This document shows, one piece after another, positions 26,320-37,067 of a stretch of 64,000 nt of DNA. The position numbers and the translations under genes are program-made. The notes under the pieces are model-generated. The model did not search any database. It was not told where the DNA came from and saw nothing but the letters and a program-made list of their open reading frames with translations. Each line of letters opens with the position of its first letter. Position 1 is the first letter of the stretch. Origin of the DNA: Octopus sinensis (taxonomy: Eukaryota); contig NC_043003.1 of assembly GCF_006345805.1 (NCBI RefSeq), positions 9,052,001-9,116,000 on the forward strand, given 5' to 3'.

Positions 26320-26523
26320 TTTTGAAATGTTCTGTGTTTCTTTCAATTACTTTAAATATAACAAAGAATTTAGTAAAATAACTTAGTTATCATTAAGCTG
26401 GTGTTAGGAACATAAATTGTGACTATGGTTTGGTGGAAGATTTTAATTGAAAACTTTTGAAAACAAGACATTTGTACTCAGAGCCAGAGCCAGTTTCAGC
26501 CGGGTTGGTAATGAAAGGGTTAA
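26320..26523. mobile_element. piggyBac-type MITE, 5' truncated
   Basis: Same internal sequence; ends ggtaatgaaagggttaa. Confidence 0.75.
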
Positions 26524-26751
26524 ACTAGCTCATACTTTCCTACATGTGCTAGGACTAAATAAACAAAGAAAATGAGAAACCTATTTTATTAGACTCTCCT
26601 AATCCCCTGTACACAAGTTCAAACCATGGCTCAGCAAGTGCATTGCTCGAAAGAACTTTTTATGCCTTAGTTTATCTATTCCTGAGTAATTAACCTATTG
26701 AAAGTTTAGCTTCCTATCCATGAGAATATACATCTCACACTTTGGATTCTG

Positions 26752-27190
26752 ATCATCATCATCATTGTTCGACTGTGGTCGAGACAATGGAATTTACTAT
26801 GTTATGCCAGACTTCACGGTCCATCATAGCATTACGGAGGTCCTGTTGCTGGATGCCTGTATCCCTGGAGATTACATCAGGGTAGGAGATTGTGCGCTCT
26901 CTGGTATCGCGTATTCCAGAGGAGAAGAGTAGAAATTACCTCATTTTCAGCTCTACAACAATGTCCAGCAAACTGGACTCTTCTACCTTTCACAAGAGAT
27001 GATACAGGTGGTAGTTTCCCATATATTTGTACTTTGGTTGGATGACGCTTCCACGGGAGATTTTGGGCTCTCATAAGGAGGTGAGTGTAAGTTCCATCCA
27101 ACCATCTCTCAAGCTTCGTCCAGGTTCCTGAGCCATATAGTAGAATTGGTTTGACTGTGGCTTTGAAGATTCTAAGTTTGAAATCTCTAC
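26752..27190 (-). mobile_element. RTE-clade LINE 3' fragment with (GAT)n tail
   Basis: Minus strand KLRIFKATVKPILLYGSGTWT...DGTYTHLLMRAQNLPWKRHP...RRVQFAGHCCR...LLW; tail repeat near 26752. Confidence 0.8.
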
Positions 27191-28807
27191 TTCAAACTGG
27201 ATTCTGATATTATTCAAAAAGTTGACTCAGCTAAAATACTGAGTGTACGTAATAAGAAAATAAAAAAAATGTCGATTAATATTTTTAGGTGAAATGAGTC
27301 CATGACCTATATTTTAGATCCCAGTAGTAAACTACTTCACTTACAATGATAATGGCTTTTGCAAATGCCAGACATTCTCATCCCCCCCCCCCGCCACCGC
27401 TTTCTTATATAAATCCGAAAAATGTGTTGATGTAAGAAATCAATATAATTATAGATTTGTGAAAATTTGTCGAGACACATAGCTATACTGCAATATTCTC
27501 TAGCTGTCACCACCACCACCACCTCCACTACATCTGCAACTCTCTTCCACCACCACCACCTCCACTACCACCACCACCACCACCACTACATCTGCTACTC
27601 TCTCTTCCACCACCACCACCACTTCTACTCTCTCCTCCATCACCATCACCACCACCACCACCATCACTACTACATCATGAAGTCTATTTACAGCACTTGT
27701 ACTACTAGTGTTATTTCTTCTACTAATCCTACCGCATCACTTCTGCCGTCTTCTACTTTCAATTACTGCATTGTTGCTTCGGTGCTTTCTACCGATATTT
27801 TCCATTGTTGTTGCTGTTGTTGATGTTTATGCTCATATCATCTCAACACAACAACCAAAACAAGACTAGTGCAACTTCATGTTTTTTTTAATAATAGCAA
27901 GTACCGTTAAGCACATTTACTAAAGCTCCTATCTCTGCAAAAACCACTTTCACAAAATTAGCAAACGAACACAATTCTTCTTACCTTCAACAAATTATTA
28001 TGAATATTTATTATTATTATTATTATTATTATCATTTTTCTTCTTCTTTCAAATTTACTTCCATTTCTTGCCGAGTGTCTTCCCGACTCCTAGGGCAAAG
28101 AAACTCATAGTATACATTGGTAGGCCATTAAACTAAACTCACTAGTTCGTTCATTTTTTTTTTAATAGAAATAAAGTTAAATTAAAATACATGGGTAGTA
28201 ATAGTTCTCACATCGACAATGCTCTTCTCAATACGTATGATGTACCAGTTTATTATTATTATTATTATTGTTATTATTATTATGGTGGTGAGCTGGCAGA
28301 ATCATTAGTTGAAAGGTGGGTGAATGTTGGAAGAATGGCCAGTGTAAAAGGACCAATTCTGAGCGTGCACCTGTAAAAAAAAAAAAGGGCTTTTGCCTGT
28401 TGTTTGGGCTTTGTGTGTTTTTCCCTCGAAGCCCTTAAATTTGTTTAATTTTTAGTTGCTATTTATATTGTTTACAGATTGTAAAACCCATTGTCGTGTC
28501 CTGTTTTTGTCTTTTATGTTGTTATATGTCTTTTAGTGTGAGCCCTGTGGCCAATAAAAAAAAGGAATTATTATTATTATTATTATTTAGATGTCATGAT
28601 GGCTGATGTCAGAATCGTGAGACCACCAGGAAAAATGCTTAATGCCATTTTGTTCATCTTCTGATTCAGAGTTCCAATTCCATAGAGGTTGACTTTGCCT
28701 TCCATCCTTTCAGGGCGGATAAAATAAGTACCAGCTGAATACTAGAGTTGATGTACACCACCACAAGATTACAGGCCTTGAACCTATAGCAGGAAAGATT
28801 ATCATTG

Positions 28808-28848
<41 letters not shown>

Positions 28849-28951
28849 GAGTGAGAGAGCGGTTCATGCCATCAAAGTGACACTGGGGTAAAATATACGA
28901 AGCCCAATATACCCATCATGATTACCTGTCTGATAAGGGTACACCAGGCAC

Positions 28952-28985
<34 letters not shown>

Positions 28986-29384
28986 GAAACCAATCTAGGT
29001 GTTTGGTTGCATACTGGCAGAATCATTAGCACGCTGGGAAAAATGTTTGGTGGCATTTCATCTAGCTCTTTACTTTCTGAGTTCAAATTCCGCTGAGGTC
29101 AACTTTGTCCTTCATCCTTTTGTGGTCAATAAAATAAGTACCTGTTAAGCACTGAGGTTGATGTAACTGACTTACCCTCCTCCCAAAAATGCTGGCTTGT
29201 AGTAGTAGTAAGTAGTAGTAGTGTTATTGCTTTAATAATGTTGAAGTTTTGTTTTTGTATATCACCATATACAAAATTATTGCTTTTAAAAAACCTTAAT
29301 GGAAAACACTGTAAATCAATGTTCCTCTTATAGCTGTGTGTTCTGGCATGAGCATACACATACACATATAATATACATTATGTG

Positions 29385-29875
29385 ATTGAGTTCCTTTTGA
29401 GCGTTGGACCTCATGGAGGCAAATTGACTGAGTTCCTTTTGAGTGTTGGGCCTCATGGAGGCAAAGCGGTTGAGTTCCTATTGAGTGTTGGGCCTCATGG
29501 AGGCAAATTGGCTGAGTTCCTTTTGAGTGTTGGGCCTCATGGAGGCAAATTGACTGAGTTCCTTTTGAGTGTTGGGCCTCATGGAGGCAAAGCGGTTGAG
29601 TTCCTATTGAGTGTTGGGCCTCATGGAGGCAAAGTGGCTGAGTTCCTTTAGAGTGTTGGGCCTCAGAGAGGCACAGCGGCCGAGTTCCTTTTGAACGTTG
29701 GACCTCATGACAAGTGGCTGAGTTCCTTTTGTGTGTTGGGTCTCATGGAGGCAAAGTGGCTGAGTTCCTCTTGAGCACCGGGCCTCACAAAGGTGTTTGG
29801 TGGTATGCTGGCAGAAGTGTTGGGCCTCATGAAGTGGTTGAGTTCCTTTCGAGCATTGGGCCTCATGGAGGCAAT
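29385..29875 (+). repeat. 42-bp minisatellite, about 11-12 units (GAGTTCCTTTTGAGTGTTGGGCCTCATGGAGGCAAATTGACT)
   Basis: Direct tandem units without spacers, degenerating towards the 3' end. Confidence 0.95.
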
Positions 29876-30421
29876 GACCGAGACCTTTGGCATTATGTTG
29901 TGCTTGAGAAGAAGACCCATGAAGCTGAGCAAAATTGCAGTTGTAGTAGATACTGGTGTCATGTAAATGTTACTCATCCTGTTACTCAGAGTGGTTGGCA
30001 TTAAGAAGAGCATCCAGCCATAGAAAACTGGAGTCTGGTGCAGCTTACCAGCTTCGGTGAAACCATTCAACCCCTGCTAGCATGGACAACAGACGTTTTT
30101 TGATTATGATAATGAGGATGACACACACACACACACACACGCACACATACATACATATATATATATATACATATACACTACATATTATTTTATGCACACA
30201 CATATATATTCATACACACACACACACACACTCATATATCTTCATATACATGTATATATGTGTATGGAAGCATGTAGCTTAGTGGTTTAGGTGTTGCACT
30301 CCTGATCATAAGATTGTGGTTTCAATTCCTGACTTCTGTGTTTGAAGACATTAAAGATGCATGGGCTTAAGGATGCACTCCTATTTCAACTGCACATATT
30401 CAGGAATACGTTTTCAGTGTA

Positions 30422-30880
30422 TTAAGCCTTTTGTTACCATATTTCTGTTGAGATGCTCTGTGTTTCTTTCAATTACTTTAAATATAACAAAGAATTTAGT
30501 AAAATAACTTAGTTATCATTAAGCTAGTGTTAGGAACATAAATTATGACTAAAGTTTGATGGATGATTTTAATTCAAAACTTATGAAAACAAGACATTAG
30601 TACTACAGAGTCAGAGGTGGTTTCAGCCAGGTCGGTAACGAAAGAGTTAAGACTCATTTTGTTATTATATATTTTAACTATTTTGTTACCATATTTCTGT
30701 CGAGATGCTCTGTGTTTTAAATATATAACAAAGAATTTAGTAAAATAACTTAGTTATCATTCAGTTAATGTTAAGAACATGAATTGTGACTTAAGGTTTG
30801 GTGGAAGATTTTAATTCAAAACTTATGAAAACAAGGCATTTGTACAACAGAGTCTGAGCTGGTTTCAGCTGGGTTGATAT
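30422..30880. mobile_element. Tandem pair of piggyBac-type MITEs (30422-30650, 30674-~30880)
   Basis: ttaagccttttgttacca...ggtaacgaaagagttaa followed by a second copy lacking its right terminus. Confidence 0.78.
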
Positions 30881-30953
30881 AAGATATTTGCTTAAAATCA
30901 TACACATCAAAATTTATTTTCAAGCATGTTATAACGATAATATTGGTGATGAT

Positions 30954-31186
30954 GGCGGTGAGCTGGCAGAAATATTAGCGCGCCGGGCAAAATGCTTAGC
31001 GGTATTTTGTCTGCCATTATGTTCTGAGTTCAAATTCCGCCAAGGTTGACTTTGCCTTTCATCCTTTCAGGGTCGATAAATAAAGTATCAGTTACGCACT
31101 GAGGTCGATGTAATCAACTTAATCCCTTTGTCTGTCCTTGCTTGTCTCCCTCTATGTTTAGCCCCTTGTGGGCAATAAAGAAATAA
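30954..31186 (+). mobile_element. SINE family A, full length
   Basis: Same consensus. Confidence 0.9.
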
Positions 31187-31189
31187 ATA

Positions 31190-31297
31190 TTGGTGATGAT
31201 GTTGATGAGGATGATGATGATGACAATGGTGATGATGATGATGATGATGATGTTGATGATGATGTTGACAATGGTGGTGGTGGTGATGATGATGATA

Positions 31298-31342
<45 letters not shown>

Positions 31343-31420
31343 TTGATGTTGACAATGGTGGTGGTGGTGATGATGATGATAATGATGATGATAGTGATGA
31401 TCATGATGATGATGATGATG
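31190..31420. repeat. (GAT)n/(GGT)n compound microsatellite; similar trinucleotide tracts at 7230-7385, 8668-8860, 12138-12340, 12495-12600, 27505-27680, 40930-41360
   Basis: Directly visible; source of poly-D/M/I/H ORF artefacts. Confidence 0.95.
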
Positions 31421-31854
31421 TTGGTTTTATAGAGAAAGAAGAGATGACTGTCAGAGACAAAAATAATAATAATAATAAAAAAAAAATAAAATTCAAGTAC
31501 TCCAAGTGTATGTTGCAGCATCACTCGCTGAAAACATCTCCCTAAAAGAAAGTAACTTTACAATAAAATGTAGAGACCCAAAGCTGAAAGACTTACAGTA
31601 ATTCTAAATAGATGCTGCAGGTCAGTTGTGGGCAACTCATCACAATTGGGCTGCATGTGCTTTCATAACTTCCAGTTGCATGTGTAATATCATGACTTTA
31701 TAAGCATAACAGCTACTATTACTTTCATAATAGTCTTCAAGTCTCATTCTGTTAATCTTTAATCTAAGCAATTTCATTTCTCTCCCTCTCTCTCTCTCAC
31801 TCATTGACACTTTGTCTTAAGAAAAATTTTCACGATATACAAAGTGTAATATAT

Positions 31855-32365
31855 TTCATAGAGTAACTGCTGCACTTGTTGAGTATATAAACAGCTTGGC
31901 TGCTTGTTTCTCTGGGGACTGTCAGAATGATGTAGACGCCTCTGATGAGACCTCAATAAGGTTTGAAAATCGGTTAAGGTTGTTCATCATTTTTTCAGTC
32001 TGCGGAGAAATGGCTAAAAATTGCTCTATTTATAATTATACCATATGTTACATACATATTATATCATACCTTGATACTGTGTGGACCAAGATCCTTGTTG
32101 ACAGGCCACTGGTACTTATAGAGTGTTAAACACTTTTGGTATGCAAATTAGGGGCTCCTTCATAGAGTAACTGCTGCATTTTTTGAGTATATGTACAGTT
32201 TGGCTGCTTATTTCTTATGGAGACTGTCAGAATGATGTGGATTCTGTTGCTGAGAACTCAATAAGGTTTTAAAATCAATTAAGGCAGTTCATTTTTTTTC
32301 CAGTCTACAGAGAAATGGCTAAAATTTGCCCTGTTTATATAATTATGGCACATGTTACATATATG
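31855..32365 (+). repeat. Two diverged direct repeats (~205 bp, period ~305 nt), each carrying a hammerhead or its remnant; retrozyme/Penelope pLTR-like
   Basis: ttcatagagtaactgctgca...gactgtcagaatgatgt...ctcaataaggttt...agaaatggctaaaa...atgttacata recurs at 31855 and 32159. Confidence 0.8.
31935..31984 (+). ncRNA. Minimal hammerhead ribozyme motif in the first copy of a direct repeat
   Basis: GACGCCU-CUGAUGA-GACCU-CAAUA-AGGUUU-GAAA-AUCGGU-UA|AGGUUGUU; intact core, near-palindromic stem III AAUCGGUU. Confidence 0.7.
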
Positions 32366-32889
32366 GTGCACTCTCTACAACTGTATAGTGCTTGTTAAAT
32401 CCTTGCTTTAGTGATGTGGCCTAATTTATGATAAATGGCACTCCGTTAATTATGATGAGAACTCATTGCGAGTCAGTGTGACAAAATGTAACAAGGCTGA
32501 CCCTTTGAAAGAGAGTTATTACTCATTTTTGTCTGCTGAGTGGAATGGAGCCACATGAAATAGAGTGTCTTGCTTAAGGATAGAGCACACTGTCAAGAAT
32601 TGAACTTGTGACTTTACAAATATAAGCTGGATACCCTAACCATTAAGCCACATGCCTTCACAATTTATGATGGGCAATATTTCATAAGACTTGTTAGGAA
32701 AAGGGTTTTTATGAAACAAACTTAGAGTAGGGACATGTTGGTGATGAGGTTTCAAATGGTGACAAAAGAATTTTGACAAACCTAGCTGCTTGATTAATTG
32801 ACTGAATGATTAATCAAACAATCAATTAGTTAATTGGTTAGTTGATTAGTTAATGAACTGACTAATAATAACAATATAAAAGAAGTGAA

Positions 32890-33090
32890 ATAGAACCAGC
32901 GCATGTGTTTATTATTGGCATATTGACCCTCCCAAGCTACAGCAAGATACAAATAGACATGTTACCAAAAATGCCCAAATTGTATGAGATATGAATATAA
33001 AATTAGCACTAATAGACACAATACACTTATTACAAGAGATGAAATGTGTAAATGCTCTGAAGAAATGGCAACGTTAAAGCACGACTGATT
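32890..33090 (+). mobile_element. Possible heavily decayed second R4/Dong-like 3' end
   Basis: ...MPKLYEI..KLALIDTIHLLQE resembles ..LYEIQKIALLGTAHILR. Confidence 0.3.
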
Positions 33091-33483
33091 TTATATACAC
33101 CTGCAATGCATGGTACATAATAACCGGCTGGATAATAGAGCAGATGTTTGCAATATAATGAAGTATCAAATACTTACTGTTAATGATAATAATAACAACA
33201 ATAATACCAGCATTAACAACGACTGTAACTATTTCTAGAACCATCATTAGTATTGGAATTATTATCCCTTTTAATTGAATTGTTATCGAACATTGTTTGA
33301 GGTGGATCTTACCAATGTTTGGCCCTTATATCATCGTATCAAAGCGGCTGTTTACATACATACATACATGCAATACATACATTCATACACACACATGATG
33401 TATATCTATATATATACATATACATATACAAACATATATATATATATATACATATGTATGTATATATATGTGTATGTGTGTAT

Positions 33484-33515
<32 letters not shown>

Positions 33516-34123
33516 GTATATATTCATATACATACATATATACACATACCTATCTTGTATTGATGTATTCAGTTTTTCAATTCATCTTCATCGTCTTTTA
33601 TTATGACTAATAGGTTTTGAATAAATTACATTACCACTTGTGAAAGTTTGGGTTTTCTAATGGCAAGTGCCTAGCTTGCACAACGATTCCAAAAAAAAGA
33701 ACTCCCCCCCAAAAAGGAAAGCAGAAAAGAATCTTGTTTTGATACCTTGTAGATATTTTTCACATTTTTGTTTTATATATATATATCACTTTGGAAAAGC
33801 TATGAACCTCACAACTAACAGTTTCCCCTTCTCTCTTGAAAAACAAAAGAAAATAAAAAAAGGATTAATCACCAATTGATGGCACTTTCTGATTACAAGA
33901 ATGTCAAACAGTTGACATCATTTATCACATCTACACGAAATAAATGAAATAACAAATGTATTGATAATATTGACTGGTGTCGAAAGAAATGATTGGTGAA
34001 CAGGTTATCTTTGTTGTTTAGCCACAGGTCAGCCTCGATTGAGAAGACCTAGGATCAGAGGCTTTCCACCTGTGACCATCATATCTGATTATATTTCAAT
34101 GTTTTTATTTCTTTATTTATAAT

Positions 34124-34165
<42 letters not shown>

Positions 34166-34238
34166 ATATTCATATATATACATATATTTATATACCTATA
34201 TACCTATATATGTGTGTGTGTATGTAAATGTATATTAT

Positions 34239-34275
<37 letters not shown>

Positions 34276-34928
34276 AATATATTTACATTTGCACACTCAT
34301 ACACACACTTGCATATACATGCATACATACTCACATGTATGGGTGTATGTGTATATACATATATATGTGTATATATATGTATAGATGTACGTGCACACAT
34401 ACATATATGTGTGTGCGTATGTATTCAATTATATATATATTCTTGAATGGACATTAAAGTACAAAATAATTAAATAAACTGCTATGGTATCCCCACTGAC
34501 CTTGCCATCATTGGACTTCATACCCAGGTGAAAGAATAGAACATTCTCCAGATATGGTGAGGTTAAATGACTCGTAACAAACAAAATTGTCCCCCTTATT
34601 CCGATGCTTCATTCAACATTTCAGTTTTGAAGAAAAAAAACAACAAAATAATACAAAAAAAGTAACAAACAAAATAAAAATCCCAAAATAATACAAAAGA
34701 AAAACAAAAAAGTAAGCAAAATTAGAAGCAAAAAAAATTGTTCTATAAAAAGACAAAAAAATTTTTAAAAGAGACAAAAAGATAAAAAGAAACCATTGAA
34801 ATGTAAAAAAAAAAAAAAAAACTGACAACATTAAAAAAAAAAATCAAATTTCAGAATCTTTTTTGAATTCACTGTCTGTGGAAACAGGACATGAAATGTT
34901 AAAAAGAAAAAAAAAATCAATTCTTTTG

Positions 34929-34976
<48 letters not shown>

Positions 34977-35744
34977 AACTTTATGGTATTATGTTTTTTT
35001 TCTTTTCTTTGCAATCTTTTATTTTCATGTTTATTGTCTGACTGTTTTAACATCTTCTAATCCTTGTTGATTGTTTATTATAAATTGATAATTTCTGTAC
35101 AATTTAATTTTTTTTTGTGAAAAGTGTTTTTTTATAGGAACCAAACAACAAGAGTAGTAATAATGGTTATGTGATGGGTGAGTAGTTTGACTCGTTAGCA
35201 TTCAAATTATTCTATCAAATGCAATGCTTATTCATTCACACTGTTTTGAATTAATCAGGCATTAATTATCTCATGGCTTTGAGATTTCAATGATGTGATT
35301 GTTTATTCTTCTGAATGACATTGTAGGATAGGTGTAAGAGGCTAGATCTGATTGGTTTGAACATAAAACATGTAGAAGAAGTCAACTAGCTACGACTGGT
35401 TTAAATGCTAAAGAATTATAGTTGCTGAGATATTTTGCCCATTTATCTTTAGTTCAAACCAATTTATTGCAAAGTTCTGTATCCCTTTCAAAGATAAGCA
35501 AGATAGCATTGATAACATATGATATCTAATACAATATTCTTCAAGTATAACATGAACAAGCACAATAGTCACTACTCACAACAGGTATTTAGTACTCACA
35601 ATTAATTTTGTATTTGTAGGTATTTAGTGAACACAGTTATACTACCTTCATAAATATTTGGTACATATGCATATGTAGGTTACTTGGTGTAATTAGGACA
35701 ATGTACACTTCATGCCTATATCAAAGGCATTAACATTATATTAT

Positions 35745-36058
35745 GGAGGTGCAATGGCCCAGTGGTTAGGGTAGCAGACTCGCGGTCGGAGGATCGCGGT
35801 TTCGATTCCCAGACCGGGTGTTGTGTGTGTTTATTGAGTGAAAACACCTAAAGCTCCATGAGGCTCCGACAGGGGATGGTAGCGACCCCGTTGTACTCTT
35901 TCGCCTCAACTTTCTCTCACTCTTTCTTCCTGTTTCTTGAGTAATGCTGTGATGGACTGGCGTCCAGTCCAGCTGGGGGGAAGACATACGCCACAGAAAC
36001 CGAGAAACCAGGGCCCATGAGCCTGGCTAGGCTTGAAAAGGGTGCATAAAAATAAAAC
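35745..36058 (+). mobile_element. SINE family C
   Basis: tggcccagtggttaggg ... gtttcgattcccagaccggg; body matches 11110. Confidence 0.85.
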
Positions 36059-36255
36059 ATTATATTGGAGCTGATCTTGCAGTCATTCAGAATCAAAATT
36101 GGTTTGGGTTAGTTTGGAATTGTTTTCAGTTTAACTATTGTTTTTTTTTTATTGTAATTGGTATACATATTAATAATAATAATACATTGATGGTATGTTG
36201 AGTAAAGTTGATATTAAGTAAACTGGAAAGAAAACTAATGTTTATAATAACGAAT

Positions 36256-36495
36256 AAAATGTTTCAAATGGTACAACAATGCACTGTAATACAAACAATG
36301 GGCTGTATACCTGTTGTAGTTAAAACCATCCATAGTCTGATAATATTTTGGAATAGTGACTCCATCAGTTCCTAGGGATTTCTGAGGAAAGAATTTTATT
36401 CTGAAATATTATCAGTCTATAGATGGTTAAATTACAAGAGGTATATAGCCCATTGTTTGTATTATAGTGCATTGTCGTACCATTTGAAACATTTT
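36256..36495. mobile_element. 240-bp near-perfect palindrome/foldback centred on cctagg
   Basis: aaaatgtttcaaatggtacaacaatgcactgtaatacaaacaatgggct... is mirrored by ...agcccattgtttgtattatagtgcattgtcgtaccatttgaaacatttt. Confidence 0.85.
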
Positions 36496-37010
36496 CTTCT
36501 TTACAAACAATACACAATGCTTCAAGTGAACTACAATACTCTCATAATGTTTATAATATACATACATACATGTATACACACACACACACATACACCCATA
36601 GTGTTAATGTCGTAAGAATCATTTCATGTTATGAAGCTTCTAAAATCATGAACAACAAACAATTTGTACTGGCAAGAATACAGTTTCTTAAATGGATAGA
36701 GAACCTTGAATGAATTCTTTAGTCTAATGGTACAATGCCTGTCATGTTTACAGGCAATGTGGGTTCAAATCCCTTGGGCATCCTTCAACTTTTTTTTATC
36801 CATTGGGTTTTTTTTAACCCAATATTTATACACTATTATTTATAACTTCTCTGTTGAGTTCCACTGTTCCAAAACTGAAGTATATATATATATACACACA
36901 CACAAGCACACATATATTGATTAATTATAATCTAAACAGTATTCATTTTCTGCTAGTATAGAATATATAAACCTTTTCTTGTAACACACTGTATGTGACA
37001 ATTGTAAACA

Positions 37011-37067
37011 AATACCTTTTTTGACTGGTTTCAAATCTCATTTGATTCTCATCAGAGAAAAAATATC
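37011..37067 (-). ncRNA. Minimal type-I hammerhead ribozyme motif (best copy)
   Basis: Minus strand GAUAUUUUUUCU-CUGAUGA-GAAUC-AAAUGA-GAUUU-GAAA-CCAG-UC|AAAAAAGGUAUU; intact core, 5-bp stem II, GUC site, 12-position stem I with one mismatch. Confidence 0.8.

Noticed and set aside
29385-29875. CRISPR-like palindromic repeats
   Set aside because: Units are directly adjacent with no unique spacers, no cas genes are present, and the context is eukaryotic.
33061-33100. CUGAAGA-AAUG-GCAA-CGUU-AAAG
   Set aside because: No GAAA core and no stem I; lies within a probable LINE 3' remnant.
34495-34530. Possible minus-strand exon ending MKSNDGK|gtcagt; similar orphan candidates near 40730-40820 and 47520-47585
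   Set aside because: Good single splice sites but no paired sites or protein similarity; RNA-seq is needed.
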